DNA from: Phoronis australis
Taxonomy: Eukaryota; Animalia; Phoronida
Length of the DNA stretch: 64,000 bases
NCBI GenBank assembly: GCA_002633005.1
Contig: NMRA01000096.1
Span: 372,001-436,000, forward strand
Direction of reading: 5' to 3'
A model generated the notes under the pieces. That model saw only the letters and a program-made list of their open reading frames with translations. It did no database searches and had not been told where the DNA came from. Positions 25,401 through 37,400 of the stretch are shown in pieces (the stretch's first letter is position 1; each line of letters opens with the position of its first letter). A program made the translations under genes and the position numbers.

Positions 25401-28400
25401 TGTCCAATCAATTACTTGCATTTCTCCAAGACTCCTTAACCAACAGAGTGAAATCCTCTCTCAGTTCAAGCTAAATGTTCGCTGAAACCAACTGAGAACC
25501 ACAACAGTGTGGGATGATTTTAATCCAACCATTTATTTCCTACAACATTTTCGTCACATGGCACATTCACCACGAAGAAAACAACACTGGATCTGTGTGC
25601 AGTAATCCTATTAATCACCAGGTCTGAGAGATGAATGTAGTTCACGGTTGACATGAAATATGAAAAAAGAAATTGCAAACATGCAAGTTTAAATAAATAT
25701 TGGGTACTTATCTTCACTTCTGGAACTTGGTTTGGTCAAATTAGTTTGAAACACAACATATAGCGATGATGTGGGCATGAAAAATGACAAATATTTTTAA
25801 GAAAGAGTTTTGTGTCGGAAATGATCCTCCATGAATCACTGAACCGTGCCCAGTAAGTATCGTGATGTGGTGCTGGGGAGTAACACTGCATGGTGCGGGT
25901 TATGTGAGCCCCCATGGTACGTCATTAGTGCACAGGTCACCTATTTGCATAATTTTTTGTTTTCACATTTGTAAGTTGTCAGTCAACTGCACTTTGTTTA
26001 GCGTAGATGGTGTTCAAATAGCACAGTGGTCTAGTTCCTGCTAGCACAGTTAGGAGCATGCAAATACATCTTTAAACAGGACTCACTAAATGTATAAAAA
26101 CAATGCTTGTGAAAGACAAACACTACGGTAACTATACAATTAAATGATGAAATATTTTTGAAAAAAATACCAGATTTTCCAATTTACTTTTCGTGTTTAA
26201 TTACAGCCAATAAAAAATAAAGAACATTCTGTCATGCATTTTTTTGTGGTACCCCCTTGCTTTTCAACAATGCAACATTCTCTGCTCAATTTGTATGGAT
26301 TATCAAAACAGATGTTTTGACCTCTGACCTTTGTGTTCGCATGTTTTGCACTAGCACACTCAACAACAGGACACAGTGATACATGAACAGCAAGGTTGTT
26401 GTTGTTCACTGAAGCTACATGCATTATTAATTTTCACATTTTAGGACCCTATATAGACCACTGTGCTGTTGTCCCAATACATGCCCTAAGGCACACTGTC
26501 AAAAATCCACAGTGTCCTCGAAAACTACCATACCACGTTCCCCGGTCTATACCTCACCTGATTTTTTTGCTTTGCTTGAATGCATACGGGCGCCACTCTC
26601 AGATAAGTCACCAGACCTGGAAACTTCTGTCAAATAATAAAAATAAAATTCCTTTTAAGTCTAAAACTCGCTGTGAATGATCATGCGTTGAATTACCAAA
26701 CTGGCTGAACAATCAACTAGGGTTACCCCAGGTGGTGTACACTTTAGAGACACCTTGAATATGGTACACACCACCTCGGGCAAAACGACCCGTATTTCGC
26801 TACCGGAACAACAAAAAGCAGGCCTAATTTCCCCCTCATGACAGATGAGTGCAACCGTGTCGTGTTGACAGGGCTTTAAAACAGGGCCTGGAATGACCTG
26901 TGACAAAAAAGAGAAAAAGTTTCCAGGTGATATATCCTTCTACAAATAAATAGGCTTATGTGATAGAAATATTTTTGTGTTGTAAAATTTAACTGCAACA
27001 AACGTCGTTTTGCATGAATAAAGCCAAAATAACGATAAAAAAGAGATGAGAAATGAAGCTACTGGAAATCAAATAAGAGTCAGTCGAGACCAAAAAAGAA
27101 GAAATCTTTTTAAAAGATTCCAAACCCTGTTACTACAACAGTACCTCCAGCAACTGATCAGCCTTATCATTGTCATCCTGCAAGGTGTAGTAGGTCCACA
27201 GATTGTTGATGGTACGCAGTTTGCCAGTCTCCTCAGTGTGTCTTAAGATCAGTGACTCCACTGCAATGAGAAACGACCAACATAGGACTACACTGGACTA
27301 AGTGCTGCATATCTTGTGTGTGGTATTCTCACGACATGGGGAAGGGGAGAGGCTAATTAATGTTGGAAACAGAACAGCATAAACCTTAAGCATCAAGAGT
27401 AAACAACCACGCTTCACACGACTTAAACAAATTACTGCAGTGCCACACCTTTAGGCCCATGGGCCTATATCCAAAATAATGCCTTTTTGCGCAGCCTTTT
27501 ACCCACATGATTTGCCTAATGGCATGTGCATTGCAGTTCTGCACAGCAATACGGCAGCACATACCTCCTGAAAAGTTTGCCTACACAACTGCCAAGTGAG
27601 ACTTGGTAGTTGTGTAGGCAAACGGTGCAAAAAGATGCACACTGAATTTATCTTTAGTATATAGACCAATCATGGTTGGGAGAGTAAACAGTTATTGATA
27701 GGCAAAAATTGGTAACACCATATTGCGCATTGTCAGATCCACAGGTTTGTCAGTGGCAAGCAGTTTATATTTATCAAAAACACGGTATACTAATTTTCAG
27801 GATTTTTGAAAAAGCACAATACAAAACTCAAATACTACCCATGTTACAGTTAAATTTCCAATACAACTAAAAAGTATCCTTAACTAGACTTTAGTCTGCA
27901 TACCAAAATATTTTTCCCATTCATAAAATACATATGTCAAATCATATCAAACTAAATATTTCAAGGAGGCAGTGGGATAAGTGCCCACTTCCTTTACTCA
28001 ACGTCGTGGGTTCGAGTCCCACTGGGGCACACTGCTAGACCCTGGAGTCGGGTTTATAGCACCTCTGCTAGGTTTCAAAGCATACAGATGGTTCCTGGTG
28101 ATCAGTGCAATGAGTCTACCAGAGTAGCTTGTGCATGTCTGGTAGAATGTGTACCACACACCCTGCAATTATTTTTTTATTAAAAGATACCAAACCCCGT
28201 TTTGGCCTATTAACAGATATCAAAAACGACGTACCTATCCAATTATCTGAAACGAAATGCTCTGTGACCCCGACAACCCTCAAAAATTTTGGAGGACATT
28301 TTGAAAACTCTTTTCCAAGTCTGCTAAATGGGTAAACGTGACCTACGCTTTTAACAAATTACACTGGGGGGAAAGACCACCCACCAAGAACTATGATATC

Positions 28401-31400
28401 CAATCTCTGACACAGGGAGTGCGAGTTTTTAGTTGATTCCTGCTTTTATCGTTCAAGAATGACACCAATAGGAGACAGAATGAAGAATGACTTAAATCGT
28501 CAAAACAGGGTTTAGTGAGCGATCAGTTTGACACAAAATGATGCTCCTTTGTCTTAAAACATTTCCTCCATCCACTGTCACCACAAATTTATGAGATGCA
28601 GGTTTGAAGCTCGACCTACTTGTTGGTGCCAAGTCAGGACATTTGTTCATTAATAATTCCAGGTTGGGACCGGTGACATACATTTGCACATCTGCAGGAT
28701 TGCTGGACAGGAACTCCAGGAACTCTCCAGCACGATCACTGAAAGAGGTAATTAAAAAGGTAATAGCCATGTCCTGAAATACAACAGTGACATCTTAAGG
28801 GGAAAGCAACCGTTTTTGATGTTACCGTCACTAACTACAGATCTTTGGTTATCTTGGAAACATATTTTTCTGAGTTGATTACTGTTTCCTTGCGAGTATT
28901 TACTACCCATGGAACAGTAGAAAGCGACGTGAACGCCTCCACAAATGGCCTTCACCTTGGCTCTGCATTCACATACATTCACAGCAAATACGAATAACTG
29001 ACGAGTCGGACATTGTGTTTGTTCAACAGCAGTGAAAGCAGAACCAAGTAGTGGGCCTCTTGCCTGGCCATTTATGTCGCAAACTGTTGCACGCGTAGTA
29101 ATTACACGCCAGAGAAACAATAAGTGACATGGAAAAATGTCATTCTAAGATAACCAAGGATCTGTTTTTTACTAAAAGTAACAACAAACAGTTGCTTTCC
29201 TCTTTAAATTCTGCAGTGTTTAGCCACAATGCCAAACACCAGCCAGACACCAATCCTACATCACATGTTGATAACTGTTACCATTCTACATAACGCCAAC
29301 GAAGTTTTGCTGTGGTATACCGACACAAAGACGATGGCATATCTGGACAAACATCCATGGATTACAATACTCCACTCCTTTTTGTCAAATAGTATTCAAA
29401 AGCACCTGACAATTTGATTGCTGAATTTACAATTTAACACATAAGTTGCATCCTATCTAGCCAATAAGTAACCTTTGATTAAAATATATGACTTTCAAAT
29501 CCAATTCAACTGATTAAAGTTTTACTTAAAAACTCACCGTCTATTTGCAAAAGCATTCTGCCAAGAAGCACAAGGAAAATAGCATGTCACACCAGATTTA
29601 AGTAATGTGCAATATTTGTAAAAATATTTACAGCCTCCTGAAATTACCAAAAAATGCCCAGCCAAAATTCGGTCAACTTCACACTCATTTCTTGTACCTA
29701 CCCAAAAAAGTTGATAAAACTTAACGACAATGATGGGACATTGTCATTTCACTGGAGTGTCAAAATCCACTTCAAACATTGTTGCAATCTATTGTGAACT
29801 TTCCAGTACAGGAGATATGTGTTGTTGTTCACCGTCTCTAGGCATTTTGAGAAGGGTAGAAAATCTCCAGTTTGGGATAGTGAAAAATTAATTATATCGC
29901 TCGAAGTTAGAACGTATCAAATTTTAGAAATAGACAATACCGGCCGTCCCAAATTGAAGAAATACAACAAGTGACAAACCATCGGTCTCCTCAATGTTGC
30001 TCACTATGAGGCATGAAAAAGTCGCTATGGCAACTATTTTTAATGATTTCACAATCTGCCAAGTTTATTTCAGACTGCTGATACACAAAAGCAGTGTCCG
30101 AAATTTGAGAAACACGTCAAAATTGACCGTGTCTCAATCTTCAGAATCACGATAATTCAATTTCTGGCTTGAATTTCCATATCCCAAATTTTAGAGAACT
30201 TTTACGGTAAATTCAATGACTCAGGCTCAGCACAAATAGAGAGCTGAAAATTTAATCCACTCCTTCAACTGAAAGTAAGTTGAGAACATAAATGAGTGAA
30301 CTAGCAGTAGTTCGTTAATTTGTCCGATCCTCGTCACGAGCTGTACGCTCAACTAACTCTCACTAGAGGTAGCCACTGCATCTAGCAGCGCTTCAGCTGC
30401 GCCAAACCTTAGATGTTAAACAGCGTTGGTTAGACACACCTTTTGAAAACTATTGTGGGCAGTGACAGCTGACAGTACCATGCATTTAAATACCTGTTCA
30501 CATGAGCTCTAAACAATGCATTGAGAAGGACATAGGGTGAAGACTCCAGATCATTCTTCAATAGCTGAAGACTGTCAACATCTCCGTGGTCAGCCAGGCT
30601 GTGGCAGAGTCGGCGAAAGTCTACAGGGTGGACAGAAATCAAGTTGCAGGTCTATGTTTACACAAACACCAATTACAACACATTCAATGGACGTAGACCA
30701 AGTCAACTAAATCATGGGTGCAGTGACACTGGATATTTGATAATTTTCGTAACTGCATCATCACTGCTGTTTGAAAACTTGTGCCACACACCTGTAGCAC
30801 TGGTATTTCTTCTTGAAGACCCATTTCACACACCAATCATTTTAAACAGTATGTTCTTGCAAGGTAGCTCAAAAGGACAAAGCCCACCTCTTGGCAGACT
30901 TTATTCACAAATTGATTAAACCGCATTGGGTTCAAGAGTTACAAATTGGTAGGATTTGTTCAAATAGTGATATTTTGTAATTTCCACTAATAATTAACAT
31001 CACAGAAACATACAACTGCCACTTTAATAAAACAATTAGGTCTGTGATTCGTCACTAGCAGGAAACGTGTGATTGGCTAACACGAGTCAGCTGACGTGTG
31101 TATAACAGCAGGAGTACTCACCATTGACCCTGGTCTTTTCAAACAGAAACTTGCCAACTGAACACACAAAACTGGGCGAAGGTTTCTGATCACCAGCCTT
31201 GTCACTACAACAGAGTCAAATGGTAGTTATACTCAAATCTTGGTAACGATCGGATATAATGTGCCAATTTTCTCCACTGAATTGACCTATCCCCAGGAAT
31301 TTGAATGATGGCTTAACTGACCAATCAGAACGCAGCATTCTTGACACACCTTCGTTTCCAAGCCACCATTTTACCCGACCAAACAACACGTAGCCGGGTA

Positions 31401-34400
31401 AAACTTACTGTTTGTTGGTAGACATTGTGCAAGGGGCGGAGCTTGCGATAGATCAATCACAAACATCTAAATGGTTCTCAAAACATGGGCACATTTTATT
31501 CGACTATTGCCCAAATCTTAACTATCCTCTGGTGACGTGTCTGTGTGCGCGAGAGAGCACGTTGTAACAAGACAAATACGCTATGATCTGTTCCGTTTTA
31601 TCAATCTGGCAAATCATTCACTTTGTATTTTGAACATTTTCAGGCCAGCCTCATACAAACACTTAATTCAAGCAAGAAAAAGAGTGCATACAAAGGCATT
31701 GCTACGTTATGTAGATGCAAGTATCCGGTTTCATGAAACAGTCCCTAAATGTTAGGGATGACCTTAAGTCTTAGGGACGTCCCTAAAGTTTAGGGACTGT
31801 TGCATGAAAAGTTCCCAGGTAGTTTAGGCATTACATAGGGACTCAACTTTTGAGTTACCGATCATTAGTCTTTAAGTCGAATCCCTAGCAATAAAATGGC
31901 TGATCAAGCTCATATTGCTGTTGAAAAAAGAATTTTCTATGACAGAACCCGCTCAAGATGTTTACAGACAGTGAGCTAAACGAAAGATTTAGATTTTCAA
32001 GGGCTGTTTTTTTCATGATAGTTAGAGAGCTTGAAGAGAAGCTGGAGTTGTCGAACAGGTTATCACCCATTGTACAGGTTAGTAGTTCCATCATAAACTG
32101 AATTTATCAATTACTAGTGCCATGACTTACCCTACGTCTCACTTAATTCCCCAAGTAGAAGACTTAAACAACACATTGGGAAGTGCGGCGACTCCTACCG
32201 GAGATTCTAGTATTCTCACTAGTTCGTCGCCACAACTTATTGTTTTCTAATTTACATTAGTGTGAGTGGCCACAATCGATTGTCTGCTCTCTCAACAGCA
32301 GTAGAAAACTCGAATTCTCAGATAATGCTTATTGACTGTGCACTCTACTTGAACAATCATTCAAAAGGTGGAACAGAGAACATAAATGTGACAGGTATTC
32401 ACTCGTTGAAAATAATTTTCTTCATGTTAAGCGACCTTAGCCATGGCAATAATCGGGATTGCTCGGCTTTGAGAACTTACTTCGGATTTAGGGCACTCCC
32501 AATAAGGACTGAGTATAGGACCTCTTCATGCAACAGTCCATAAACAAAATCCTTATAGGGTCTTCCCTAACTAGTTTGGGAACTTGGTTAAGTCCCTAAT
32601 TAGGGACTGTTTCATGCAACTGGGCAAAGAAGCTCACAAAAACACAAGATCACGCTAGCCTTCGCAAGATATCGCCTCATATCAAAAGCGAAGCACACGA
32701 TCATACCAACTTTTACGACAAATATCTTGGGTCTATAAAACAAAGCATTGTTCGGAGAATTTGACGAAAATGTTAAGATTTTAAAACACAAATTAGTTAC
32801 CGTATTTGCCCTAATAACCACCCAGGGCACTTAGAAAACTTCGTTTCAGGGTGGCTCTTTCTATAACCCAAGGTGGTTGAATTCCGGTCTCCGAAACGGG
32901 TAAAATCGGAAACTAAGATTCATCGTATTTACACTCTGTGATGTATCAGCAACCTATGACAGACTTTCCATAAAATTGTGGTGCATCGCTATCAAACTTT
33001 GTTGTTAAATTACGATAATTTTACTGAAAATTGTGCTGCCCCAGGGTGAAAACTCCCCAACTGGCTGCCTCGCAATCGTCAATATGGCAACTTGAATGCT
33101 TGAATAAAAATAGTTTTGACTCGAGCAAATTACCTGTCAGAAATCTTCCTAAAGTTTTCCATATAACGTCCCTAAGATTTTTAAGTTCACGTGGAGTCGG
33201 GATTCAACCGGCAGGTTAAGTCCTATCTGTGCTAGATCATGCCATTTGTGATCGTACGCCTTCCCAGCAACACGAGAAAAATCTCTGGACGAAAACACAC
33301 ACACATGTTGTGGGTCACGTGACGTTTGTTTCGAAGTTCGTCTGCGTGTGTGAGTAAGCGAGCACGTGCGTGTCACTAGAATTCATTTGCCAGAGTACTG
33401 GAACGCAATCTAACAAGCTACATGTGCATTGTATCTAAAGAAATTAGCAGAAGCATTAGAGCAATTTCATTCAGCACTTGCCGGTCTCATCTGCTGAAAA
33501 ACGTTCGCCAATTGTCTTGGAAAGGCCCATAATCGCCGTGAGTCTGGATGCGTACTTGACTGCCTGACAGTTATTTTTCGGTTGAGGGGTGTGTAATCAT
33601 TCCCTGTCAGTGGTCATTTTATCGGATATTTGGCTTTAAAAACACCAATTATGATTAATCAAACAATACCTTTTAAAAATAACGCAAAAATTTTTATGGT
33701 GTTAGAAACTGTCGGAAATTTGTGCCAATTATTTATTTCTTGCCGATGCTACTTTGCTACCCGTTTCATGAATGGATAATTCCCGGCTAATGTCTTTGAT
33801 GACAGGTACATGTGGTCAATTTTTTTTTATTAATCTTCGATTTGCGGTTTTCACAAGCACAAAGAAAATTTAGATTCCTGTTGAGGGTGGGAAATAGGCA
33901 ATACAATCCCGTAGACAAGTATGCTGCATCTGTTGAGAAAGGCCACTGAGACCATAGTGGGACACGTTCCTCGCAAGATAAAAAAACTTGTGTTCTTTTT
34001 GTGGCACGGCGGAAGTTTGAAGAGCACAGTCACGGCTACTGACACCAACATAGCAGCGAAACTCGTGGAGTGCAAACTTTGCGGACAATGATTTTTTCCG
34101 GAAGAACTGTCGGATATTATTAATAAATTGAAGACGTTACTGTAGAATTTTAGGACTGTAGGTAAGGCATTTTTCCCACATACACGTTCATGGGCTGGGC
34201 GCTTATTTTAGGAAAGTCTGAAAACGCGAGGGGGGCGCTTATAGGGGCATGGGCGGTTACTCGGGCGAATACAGTATGTGTAATGAATAACTTGTTTTGA
34301 CTTGTTGTAATAACAACAAGTTTTGAATTTTGCCCGAACAAGTTTGGCTTACTTGTGTTGAGTTTGAAAACTTGTGCAACAAGACAGAAATTTTGAGAGA

Positions 34401-37400
34401 CCATAAGCCAAACTTAGGGCAATCAACGTAATGGCTTCAGGACATAGTGTGGACATGCACTTTAGACCACACATGAAATTTGTATTGCCCATCGAGTGTT
34501 AGTTTTCTATTGCGGAGAACACCGAAAAAACTGAACAACTTCCAGGATAAAAATTAATATTCAGTGCATTGCTTAATAGTATACTTACAGTAGTTGTAAG
34601 AGCTTGTTCAAGTCACCACTAACAATCCCTTTGAACAACTCTTGTTCTTCGCTGTTTAAACCAGACACGTCTAATGATGTCTCCTCAGGAATCGCCTGAA
34701 CAAATGACTGAAACAGGGACTTAGCCATTAACTGATGATTTTGAACAACTCTGACACTGGAGTGGGACCCACACTTTACAGAGACTCTAAAGAATGAAAA
34801 TGTTTAATACATTAGTCACTAATCAAGATTGCGTAATACTACATCAAATTTATAACTTTCAGACATTTCAATTAAATGGATTAATAGCGATATTATATGT
34901 GCCGGGATCTGTTTTGCAGACCCTACAAGTTATGTGAGGTGCTTGTTTACCTGAGAGGGAACTGTGAAAGGAACAGGCTGATCTAGTCGTTTGAGAACGT
35001 TCGCCAGGAAACGCAGAGTTCGACCATTCGGCTGAATGTCTTCCTCCTCATACATTTCAAGCACACCTAATGCCTTCTGGTGATCACCCACGTTCCCTGA
35101 GGATTCATTTTGCAAATTGTCATATACTGCCTACTCGAATATGAAAAACGATAAAATTATTAAAACAGCCTTAATCTTACAAGGAGCTTATTGAAACGAT
35201 GCCTTCATGATTTCGGGTGAAAACCAATCATACATGGTTATCGCTAGAGGTGGAGACGGGGCTGTTTTGAGGATCTCCTTCGTGTGAAAGAATTTGTAAA
35301 CTGTGCTCAAGCAAAGAAGTTAAGGACAGAAATCATTTGGGTTTTCAAATGTGATTTTTTTTCCTGAATTAAGGTCATCCTATCTGATTATGATAATATA
35401 AAAAATACTCTGAATTTCATTCGCCACAGTTTATAACGAAAAAACGTTTTATTGTATCATTAATCTTGGTATTCCGCTGCCATTTTTTCAAGTCCAATAG
35501 TAAGCCCATTACACGACAGGAGGTGCCAATTTTTATATTCAGGTGTATTTAAGCAATGTTCCAACGATTGTATACAGTACACCTATATCACTACAAAAAT
35601 AGACACAGCAAAAATCAACTATTCCTCATTGCAACACCAGCTCCTGATTTAGCCTCTAGATGGCAGCGTTCTCTAATCTTTGCTCCTTAATCACGATCAG
35701 CACCAGCTTCAGTGAGAAAAAGCAATTTTCCAGTGAATTGTGGGTAAACTGTATTGCTAATCTCGAGAAGAACAGTTTTAATGCAAACTCCTGAAACTGA
35801 ACACATGACCCTAGTCTGACCTTTAGCGCTTCAACCAATGGAAAGAATGTATTCCTGTTCTATCCTTCCAACAAACTAAATTTTAGAAGAACATGTTAGG
35901 TGTTTATTAAAATGTGAATATCAACTACATTAAAGTTCGAGACTCGAGTTTGGCAAACAGGGTATCTAGAATTCAAATTGAACAGAATTCCTGGATGTTA
36001 TACAAAGAAACAAAATCCTGATCTGGGTTTTTGCATTATCTAACAGTAATCGTGGATCGGATTTTTCCAGTGCCCAGTTGCATGAAACAGTTTGATTCCT
36101 ACAGTATGTTAAGAGCATAGTGCAGAACCCACTAGTGTCATAAGTTGTCAACTTTAATGAACTGTTAGACTCAATTTTATTTTTTATGTTATTAGAAAAA
36201 GTCTTTAGTAAAGGAAGAACTCTTAATAAAAATGAAATGATAGAAAAATATAACATCTGTGTGTAAAGAAAGACATATATATGCAAAAGATTTAGGGGTC
36301 TTAGTCGAAACCATGTTTAGTACTGTTTCATGCAAACGACCAATGGAACCCTGATAAACTAATAATCTGTGATTATTGTTGAAGAATGCAAGGACAAATG
36401 GCTTCGGGAATTCTTTTTTGCACAAATCAAAGTTCGTGATTCGATTCGATGTATCAAATACAAATAATTTGGTTAAAAAACTTAAATTTCAGCTGTTTTA
36501 TTTGTCAAACTTAAGACCAACAACTTTAAAAACAAAAGAACAAGAAAGTGAGATAGTTGTCTTATTTATCAATTTCTAATACAAAACTGAGAAACTAGCA
36601 CAAAACCCAAACCATACCATAAGCTTTGATGAGCTGTAATAACATCTCATCCCTGTCAATGGCAAACAAGTGCTTAGTCTCAGTGACCAGCGTTTCAAGC
36701 TCCTTAATCTGAAAACAGGAAAAAAAAGTTCTTTTGAAATGACATGTCAGTCGACATACAATAGCTTTCAAATAGTCTACGAATTCTGTAAGTAAAAGAG
36801 CTACTCTATGACAAAGCAATAGATAAATTAAGTCAATTTTTGTCATCAATCTTTGTAACTTTTAACTCACCCACTAACTCCCTTCCATCATCTTTGTTAG
36901 TGCATTTTACTGCCTATCTTTTCAAAGTAAATATAGTTTGCTTATTGTTTCTACTTTATTATTAAAACACAAGGACATACTGACTGATTCATGATCAGGA
37001 CATATGCCAAACATAAACTACCGTGATTAACTGGTCCTATTTACAAATCTGCAGTTTTGCTAAAAACGTGTGAAACTGAAACACAGTGATTTTGAATAAA
37101 AACAAAAAATATGGAATTTCATTACAATTGACAGATGAAAACATCTCTCGAAGAGATATATTAATTATTTTAATTAGCCTATAAACTTGAGTAGACAGAT
37201 TTAGTGAATTGTTCCAACATTCAATCAAGCTATTAAGTTTCATATTTACCAGATAAAAAATTAAAAGTTGTTACCTTATTTTCTTTTATCATTCTGTCAC
37301 AGGCTACCACAAGTCTTGGCATAATAGCTCTTAGGCCTGGTGTCTGCAATGGATATCAAGGTAGTAAGCTGGTTTGACAATAGAGGTCACCAAGGTAAGA

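Noticed and set aside
25520-25717. Minus-strand ORF in the LRPPRC intron between exons 26558-26626 and 25247-25337
   Set aside because: Its phases do not fit the neighbours, and those two exons already join in frame without it.
33313-33322. Perfect CLEAR/E-box palindrome GTCACGTGAC
   Set aside because: It lies in a repeat-like LRPPRC intron about 17 kb from the SPPL2 promoter. A single 10-mer is not enough support.
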